A stretch of 64,000 bases of DNA from Trichoplax adhaerens (lineage: Eukaryota > Animalia > Placozoa): positions 248,001 to 312,000 of the forward strand of contig NW_002060967.1 of NCBI RefSeq assembly GCF_000150275.1, in the 5' to 3' direction. The translations under genes were made by a program, and so were the position numbers. The notes beneath the pieces were generated by a model, which worked only from the letters and a program-made list of their open reading frames with translations, was not told the origin of the DNA and did no database searches. The number at the start of each line of letters is the position of its first letter. The stretch's first letter is position 1. Positions 55,610 to 64,000 of the stretch are shown piece by piece.

Positions 55610-57149
55610 TTACGCAACCAGGGCGGAAGCTGTTGCCGATTCGCTGTAAAAGAAAAAGCAAATCTGATTTAGATCTGATGATTATGCTAGAGACGAGTTT
55701 TACATGCAACTCTTGATAGTACTTACTACTTCCAATTTGGTGGTAAAACTGAGGTAGATTTATAGTATCGAGCCAAACGATGAATTCTGCTTTCGATTAG
55801 AATCAGTCTGAATTTGGAATCCCTGTCCTAATGATTCGTCATATTTTAGAAAATTTTAGCAGTGCTTCCATCTGTGTTGATCATTTATTGTAAGAAATGA
55901 TCAGGGCTACTGTAGGTTATGAAAAATGCTTACTTTACGGTTATGCTCCAAGTGCTTGCGGACAGCCACAGCTTTCTTGATCAAATGATACAAATCTTCA
56001 GGGATTTCAGGTGCAAGACCTTGCCAGGATGAACGGTATACAATCATTACATTATTGCTACTATAGGACGTGCTTATCCTCTCGAATTGCAAGGATCGTA
56101 TTCTCTACTTGATAAGAATTAAGAATGTGCTGGTACCTTTTTTCTTGAGGATTCTTAAGATTTTATTGCCAGTGACACGGCGGACTTGAGCAATTCCAGA
56201 AGAATCCCTCAATTGTACACCAATTTCGGAAGGTTTCAAGCCCTTTTTAGCTAATTTGTAAATCATATCCTTGACTTCGTCAGATGAAAGTTTTAGCCAC
56301 TATAAAGGGAATACGTTATTAGTGAGATGTTGGTCGTTGAATAGGTAGTACAAAGAGTGAAGGCTCCTTTTTGCCATTATTGGTACTTACAGTTGGAACA
56401 CTTCGGCGGTAAGGCAAGGCCGAGGAAGATATACCTTTGCTAAAGTGATCAAGGCAAGTGATGGTATCGATTAGAAGGCAATCAAGGTGGATCAATCAAA
56501 GCTATTGATGGTCAGTGAACGGTGGCGTTCGACTGTGATAATGATGATCATTTGCTACATGATTACTGTTGCTACGAGAGAGAATTTTGGAGAAGAAAGA
56601 ATGATAACCAACTACTCTATCCTTATAGTCATGTTGTATAGCGGATTAGAGGATTCCCGTTTTAAAAGATTGATCTAATTGTAAAAGGGACCAGACGTGA
56701 TGAGGAAACAACTACAGTATAGTATGGTAGCAAGAGAGTCCGACGGTGAAATATTCATGATTATTGTATCATTCAAAGATAGAAGAAAACGCAATTTCTG
56801 GTGAAAATAATGTCCAACTGACTTGTCAAATAGTTCCTATGACACTAAACGATTGATTTCACTGTATGACTCCTTGCAATTAAGTGGTTGAAGATGGTTA
56901 TTTTCCATCGTGTCGTCGTATCATGCATAGTACAGTAGGAGTGTGCAGCATCTCTTGTATCAGGTTGGTAAAAGACTTCAAGACTAGCACCAATATCATT
57001 TTTTTGAATCCAATAAGTTGTTCAACTGCGCTAAAATGATCACAACGGCTTTCCATATCATGAATAGTGTAGTTTTATGGAAAAGAATCCAGTTTACAAC
57101 ATGAAATAGGCTGGTAAAAGACTTACCCAGGTGTGTGCATGCGACCCAT
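55610..57149 (-). CDS. RPS13: 40S ribosomal protein S13 (uS15), 151 aa
   Basis: Exons 57149-57127, 56439-56391, 56299-56137, 56019-55934, 55827-55727 and 55643-55610 total 456 nt: [28 protein letters not shown]...[52 protein letters not shown]...[13 protein letters not shown]. Confidence 0.99.
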
Positions 57150-57175
57150 GATGGCGTACTTGATGAGTTGATGAA

Positions 57176-57187
57176 GGCAAAAGAGGA
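57176..57187 (-). promoter_or_regulatory. TCT initiator / 5' TOP tract of RPS13
   Basis: The minus strand reads TCCTCTTTTGCC ~35 nt upstream of the ATG, as expected for animal ribosomal protein genes. Confidence 0.7.
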
Positions 57188-57727
57188 TTTTTTCTACTTT
57201 ACCACGCGACTTGTCTTCTTGGCTTGAAGTTGGATGTGCGCATGTGTAGCGAAACGGTACTGTACGTGGATTTTGTATAGAGACATAGTGTCCAGTTACA
57301 GACAGACGGTAGAGTTGAAATGACCAGTAAAATAGTTGGCCTGTGAGCGATGTCTCTCTTTTGAGTACAGTGTCGAGTGCGGTATTTATACTGTATTCGA
57401 CGTACTGTACACTGTGTACTGTAGTCCAGTACTGGACCGCGCTGGACCGCACTGGACTGTGATAGTTTATGAATGTTGCGGCTTACTGCCTTCTTGCTTA
57501 GTACACGGTAAAAAGTTACTGAACCTCTGATAGGTCTATCAAATGGTAATACTATCTGTTAAATGAGCACATTATCGTAAACCGTCAGCAAAGCGACGGG
57601 AGTTTGCACTAGTAGTCTATGAATTTTGCGGCTTACTACCTGCTTGCTTGTGGTGGCTAATTTATGGACTTGCTCAGTGCTCACTCATAGGTTAGTAAAC
57701 AACCCACGGACCACTGGAAAAAAGACC

Positions 57728-58071
57728 TGGACTGGCTACTCTCTTCGGACAGACGGACTTTTCAGAGCGGATACTGACGAAAATGTGGAAACTAGTTTTA
57801 CTCAGTTTAGATCTTCCGTGTCTGTTTTGGAAATCACTCGTATTCATTTGAATAATGTTTATGATCTAAATGGACTGCCTCTAAACTAAGCTTAGTAACA
57901 GGGAATGGAAGGCAATGTAATATGACTTCATTGAGAAAAAATCGGTCCATTCAGAATCGACCGTCTGCATACTAAAGAAAGTAATTCCATAATCAAGTGT
58001 TTGACACAATGGATTGTCTGCCAAAATAAGGTCCAATATCTGTCCGTCCAAAAGAAGTTTCCCAGCCAGCT
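57728..58071. mobile_element. Possible old MITE with degenerate ~30-bp terminal inverted repeats
   Basis: Left end ctggactggctactctcttcggacagacggac versus reverse complement of the right end ctggctgggaaacttcttttggacggacaga. No clear TSD. Confidence 0.35.
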
Positions 58072-60164
58072 CTTGTTCCTAGGAGTCAGTCAGTCAGTCC
58101 ATGTTTCATGACACTGTCTAACTTATACAACAGGGCAGTGTAGGATGTCAGTGATACAGTACAGTAAAATGACTTGTAAAAGAATCATCCTTCTTCATTT
58201 TCAATACCCATACTATCGCAAACACGGTTTTCGTGAGAAACATCACAACTCAGCTTTGCTGCTACGGACAGCAAAAGGCCGGATGCTCCATCTTGTAATC
58301 ATATAACAGTAATTGAGTGATTATTGGATATTAATTAAGTTATGTTCCATTGAATGCTATTTAGACGACATTTTACTTGCGAGTAGTTCCTGGCTGATCA
58401 GTCTATATACGAGTCATGACATCGATACAGTGTAGTGTTACATTCAAGATTGAATTATGAACAAACGCTGCCATGAAGAGGAATGGCAATGGACGTATGT
58501 GTTATGGATTAGGAAACAATTTTTTTTTTGGGGGGGGGGGAAAACAGTTCATTAATCATGACCCAAGTGGCTAACGAGTCCGGTCTAGACCATATTGACC
58601 ATTTCAAAATGGAAAAAATAGACCCAAGTATGAGTGTATAAAGTGTGTTGGATTCATTAAATAGTCCATGTGTTGTTTACAGCTTTTACTCATAGACAAA
58701 TATCATCTCTGAAAGATCCATTATATCATTAGTGTTGTTATGATGATGGTGTGTAGTCGATAACCAAGTTGAAAAACACTGTTGCGACTTGTGAGTAGAA
58801 TCACACGTCAGATCAAAGAATTGTGTTGTGAGAATATGTCACGATAGTGCATCCATTGGAACTCGGTTATATTGATAAATTAATTAATTTATTGAATGAC
58901 CATCTGTTGTAGTCGCATGGTCATTTAGGGTGGAGATACAGTCGTCATTTTATTCATTTGGCTAGTAATGAATTCTGTTTGTGCGATGGTTGCACAGTAC
59001 AATAAAGAAGAGAAGAATTCATCAAGCCGACTGGGTCCATAGGATGGGTACAGGTGTGCGATAGTGTGTGCATGGAGTAGGGTGCAGCTGGCTGGTTGGC
59101 TGTCAAGGTTGTCAGTGTGTACTATGGTCGAGTCCAGTCTACGATCAGTTGGGTCGATTACCCATGCAAGACCCCTGTACTCCGTATTTTACCACACTCG
59201 CCACAATGCGTTGCTCAGCACCCCCAGGCGATGTCTACGTTTACAGTCCTCTACAGTCTCATCAACATTGCATAAATTAGTAAAGTCTTGCATGGACTGA
59301 TGGACAAACAGACTGTTGAATTCAATGAGCTTTGGTGGTAGCATTGAAGATTGTCATCATTTGTTAGTATTGACGATGGAGTGGATGTTTTTTTTTTGGC
59401 TGAACTCGATGGTATTGACTGATTGATCCAATGCTGTTGTTCTCTATACTATACTATAGTGTACTGCTGCTATGGAGTATCGTAGTTTTGTGGTTGCAAT
59501 GTCTAGGATAGCATTTCCAAGCCGGGTACTGTACTGTACTAGGACAAACGATTGTCGTTTTTTTTACACGGCCAGTGAGTGATGAAAGTAGATCGTCGTC
59601 TCATTTGTTCCCATCACTGTCTCCATAGATACAGTGCTGTTTCTACTGCACTGAAATGGAGCTGATGAAGGTGAATAGTCGGCGACTTGATGCTTTGGCT
59701 CAAAATGAGAGACATTGCCATTGTCAAATTGATCCTGTAAGCATCGTTTTGTTAGTCAATCGACTAATCGCGTTGGATCAAAATCGCGCTAGGATGCAAG
59801 GGATCCTTGACTGAATCTGCAACGACGATATTGTTGAAGGCTTGAACTAAGCCTACAACTGATCTCTTGCATTGGAATGGCGGGTCATGATAAAAGCATT
59901 CTGTCATTGAAATTGTTCTCTTAGAAAGAAAAAAGTCACAGCAAGTGATCATTGATGGCCTTCTCTCTTTTCTCCTGCTCCTCATAATACAAATAATAGT
60001 AATGATAATCATTATCATTACCATTGATATTGTTATTGTGATGAGTGCAAGTGACTCGTACTCGACCGACTACCAGTACAGTGCGTACGCTAACGTGTAG
60101 TACAGTACTAGTGTATTCCAAGGAGATTTTGCGACACGTTGACACGGTCGTTTTAGTCCGCATC

Positions 60165-61000
60165 AAAGCAGCGGGCAGATTGGGGGGGATGTCCTAATTG
60201 TACAGTAATGTACTGTACTGTACACCTGTTGGTACAGTACTGTACAGTGTACAGTGCAACCAAACTTTGTACTGTAAACTGCAGGCAAAAGGGTGAAAAA
60301 ATGCCCATGATGGACGGTACTGTAGAGTGATTGAATCATCGCTACGGGTCAGTCGTATCGTAGTGAAGCGCCATTGACATTCTAGTCATGATTATTGTTT
60401 GAAAGAAAGTCTGCTTCAATGCAGCGGATAGATTGGAGGGGGGCGGGGCGGACGGACGGACACCCATTGTACTGTAGTGTAGTGTACAGTACTGTACTGT
60501 ACTGTACAGTGTCTACTGTAGTGTACAGTACAGTACAGTACGCTGTACAGTACAGTGCAACCAAGCTTCGTACTGTAAACCGCAGGCAAAAGAGTGAAAA
60601 AATGCCCATGATGGACGGTACTGTAAAGTGATTGAATCATCGCTACGGGTCAGTCACATCGTACTGAAGCGCCATGGACAGCCTAGTCATGATTATTGTT
60701 TGAAAGCAAGTTGCTTCAATGCAGCGGGCAGATTAGGAGGGATGGACGGACACTCCTTGTACTGTACAGTATTGTACTGTACACCTGTTGGTACAGTACT
60801 GTACAGTGTACAGTGTACAGTGCAACCAAGCTTTGTACTGTAAACTGCAGGCAAAAGAGTGAAAAAATGCCCTTGACGGACTGTACTGTAGAGTGATTGA
60901 ATCATCGCTACGGGTCAGTCGCATCGTACTGAAGCGCCACTGGCCTTGCTCAGCGCCATGGCCATTCTAGTCATTATTATTGTTTGAAAGAAAGTCTGTG
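60165..61000. repeat. Three tandem ~250-300-bp units with internal variable CAGTA/TACTG tracts
   Basis: gcagcgg.cagatt at 60168, 60421 and 60721; gattgaatcatcgctacgggtcagtc at 60328, 60629 and 60894. Confidence 0.95.
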
Positions 61001-62359
61001 GCTGGAAAAAGTGGATACGTTGATTCAGTGGCAGTAGGTAAAAGAGGAGAAAGAATTGCATTTTAATATCCATTATTTACCTTTGAATTTTAATGCAAAC
61101 CACTGCAGTATTGAGCGCCTTGCGGTACTTGTTGAAGAGAGAAAAATTACAACAAAAGCAATCGTCCATTGGCTTCCATTGCATTTCACCAACGCTTTGA
61201 ATGTAAAAAGGAAGGAAGAAATCCAAGGACAAGGAGCGTAGCGTCAAGGCAATTTTTTTTTTTCCACTGTATCCCTGCCAAGAGAGTAGAGAGAGAGAGA
61301 GAGAAAGAGAAATCTTTTTTTTGCCCTTTGTACTGATTGTGCTGGTGTTGTACAAAGTAGAAAGAGAGCTGTTAAAGATTGGATCAAGCGTTTTCAACTG
61401 TGGCTTACCTCTGGATAAAAGTGATTTCAACATTAATTATTGCTGGGCATCCTTGCATCGTCGTCATTAAATGATTGACGCTTTCCAAACAAAGTGAAAA
61501 ATCAAGTGGAAATTGGACTGTCCCATTCAGACGCCATTACACGCTCAACGTTTGTATTTGTCATTCAGGCCAAGTTTCATTGATGACTTCTGAGCTCAAT
61601 ACTTGGAAGGTGCCTTACGTTGCACACTTTTGTTCCCTATATCGCCGCGTTTTAGGCCTTTTCGACTTTCAAATTGAGGTAAGAGCCAAAGGTAGAAAGC
61701 AATCACCGTCTTGACAGCCAATTCATGTCCACTCATACAAAGTATTGTACTGTAGCCCCCCCCCAACTAGTCGACAACTCCATTTGCACCGTACTCTACT
61801 CGACATCATTTGTTGGAAATCGATAGTCTTCTTTGTCATTTTCTTGGACTATCAAGCAGAAAAGCTTAATGTCATCAACATCATCGCCATCCTTGTACAA
61901 CAGACCTATTCTAGTCTATCAATCAGCCATTGCAGTAAGTTAAAATGCACACGCAAGTGCACCCATAAACAGTCTACCGTGCGTATAGCATTGACCATCA
62001 TCACTGCTTCCCTGACAAATACGCTATTCAATCGTTTCCCTGAATAAAAATGAAAGAGAATCAAATCCTTTTCTCTCTTACATTACCTTTCACTTTTTCA
62101 TCATGTGCTTGTCTTTCTAACTTTCTCCATCATCATTCAACCGTGTTGTCGTCTTCACCAGCACAAAAATGAATCAATCTCAACGGGATAATTAGCGTTA
62201 ACGTAACTTCGACATTGAAAGACAGTCCTTTCTCTTTTCTCTTTTTTCTTTTTTGTCTGTGTGTGTATTAGACTAGTTCTACCCGATCCAATAAAGTAAA
62301 CTTCTAATTTTGCTACTTCAAGCCTTTTCTTATTCCCATCATGATAATCAACGACGAAC

Positions 62360-62650
62360 AAGTTCAAGAATACAGCTGATGATGATGTATTTTGTTGTTG
62401 AAATTTCTGATATTTTGGGCACATTTCCAGAGGGTATTCTCTGATATTAGTGGTAATCAACTATCGATCATTTGATGAACAAGGCATTTTTTTCCACCAA
62501 CTGATTCCAACAATTTCAAGAATACAGCTGATAATGATGTATTTGTTGAAATTTCTGATACTTTGGGACACATTCGAGGGGATTATCTGATATTGGTAAT
62601 CAACTATCGATCATTCTATGAACAAGACATTTTTTTCTACCAACTCATTC
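62360..62650. repeat. ~152-bp tandem duplication
   Basis: ttcaagaatacagctgat...ggtaatcaactatcgatcatt...gaacaag.catttttt occurs at ~62363 and ~62515. Confidence 0.9.
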
Positions 62651-63318
62651 ACACTAGCGCTGGATGCGTACAGTATCTACATTGCCGTCGACTCATTCGA
62701 CATGGTTGATAGTTCCATTTTATGCTTTGTACTGTATTGGCGTTAAGATTCATTCCATATCCGTATACTTTTTGCCTACAACAACGTACTCTCGTATTTC
62801 TCAACCTATGATGTCGTTTCAGTAATTATCGCTTCATCAAGTTGTAATAATTTAAAAAATGAATGTCATTATCATCCCAACGCTAACCGTATAGAGTAGA
62901 AGGATACATCCTTCTATTGAATGTTGGATACTGACAGCATGCAAGAATTTTACAAACCTGATCCCATTTCATTACATTAAGAATAAAGGATGCATTTTAC
63001 CATGCCATTGACAAGAAGTTACGCGTACTACTTATATCGAGTTGATCCCTTATATATTTTTTTTTTTCCCTTTACGCGTATTAGTCGTGAAATGGACATC
63101 GTAGAAAATCGTTTAAATGAACTAAAACGATGCACATTAGTTGCCGTTTTAATGGCGATGTTATAACCCTTTACATAATTTTCCTAACAATGTCCAACGC
63201 TTTCTTAAATGACACTGTTGACTTAAAATGTTTAAATGCATTTTAAACTTCAATTTACATATTACGATCCTTTTAATCTAATCCATAATCCATTTTCGTA
63301 TCCATCATTAGGATTTAG

Positions 63319-63815
63319 AAGATGATCTTTTACGAGACAGAGACAAGGAAGACGAGCAACAACAATCTCTAGTCCATGAATTGTGCATCAGACTACTTTC
63401 GGCTATTTACGGCAAGAACGTGAGGTAAGGACACTGTACACAATTTTTAGCAATTACTAAACATGATATCCATGAGACGAAAAGTACATCAAATGCCCAA
63501 AATATCCAAATTCACCACGAAAATAGGCGTTAAGCGCGCTTAATCAATCATAAACGATAGCTTTCTATGATTTAGAGATTGGAAAAAAAGCTACTAGTCT
63601 ATGTACGCGCTAGTTTTTGAGTCTACTTTATCCTACGATAACGGCATAAAGTACTATTCTATAAAGTACAAGATGGAAAATACCTTTATGGTAGCGCACA
63701 TAATTTGATTGAAACTGTAACTCAGTCAGATATAGCAATGGCCATTTCGATATTTGATCAACTTGCACGTCATTTGTCAGAGGATATCCGTAACAAATAT
63801 TTTTGCAAGGGTTAA
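63319..63815 (+). pseudogene. Possible spliced gene fragment or pseudogene
   Basis: Exon-like 63319-63424 (atttag / gtaagg) reads DDLLRDRDKEDEQQQSLVHELCIRLLSAIYGKNV. It is followed from ~63578 by LEKKLLVYVRASF*VYFILR*RHKVLFYKVQDGKYLYGSAHNLIETVTQSDIAMAISIFDQLARHLSEDIRNKYFCKG*, which has two internal stops. Confidence 0.25.
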
Positions 63816-64000
63816 TAGAGTGTTAAAAAAAGGATGCAGATATTTTTCGGTATTTCTACCAAGATGTCACGTCATTTTCCATTACGAAGCTACTATAACT
63901 AATCGTTCATCTACGTTTTGAAGCAGACAATTTATCTTCACACCGATTGCAGTTGTTATTTTTTCTACTTTTACTTAAATTTTTTTTCATTCATGACTCA

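Noticed and set aside
55644-57126. Intronic U14 or other C/D snoRNAs, as hosted by vertebrate RPS13
   Set aside because: I found no RUGAUGA...CUGA pair on the minus strand in the introns. H/ACA RNAs cannot be excluded by eye.
60382-60924. Cluster of overlapping Tyr/Ser/Thr/Val-rich ORFs
   Set aside because: Artefacts of stop-poor CAGTA repeats.

Overview
AT-rich, intron-rich animal nuclear DNA with short GT-AG introns. Composition and gene style suggest a placozoan such as Trichoplax, but that is inference and was not verified. By splicing exons by hand I find seven protein-coding loci: (1) the N-terminal part of a minus-strand gene running off the left edge, possibly TMC-like; (2) a 10-exon gamma-butyrobetaine dioxygenase/TMLH-family gene with a probable mitochondrial presequence; (3) a ~25-exon OSBPL5/8-type lipid-transfer gene; (4,5) a divergent pair of basic proteins with single-exon CDSs, one unknown and one CCDC181/MAP9-like, each with an RFX X-box upstream; (6) HDHD3; (7) a complete 6-exon RPS13 with a TCT/5'TOP start. 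The non-coding DNA holds a satellite with a 545-bp higher-order structure, a ~320-bp repeat array interrupted by a clean 333-bp solo LTR with a 5-bp TSD, a CAGTA-rich triplicated element, a degenerate MITE-like inverted repeat, degraded ORF remnants and many short local duplications. I saw no rRNA, tRNA, CRISPR or prokaryotic system. I cannot support a wholly new biological system. The best leads are the RFX-linked divergent pair, the solo LTR, the HOR satellite with its adjacent hairpin, and the dioxygenase with mixed BBOX/TMLH features.
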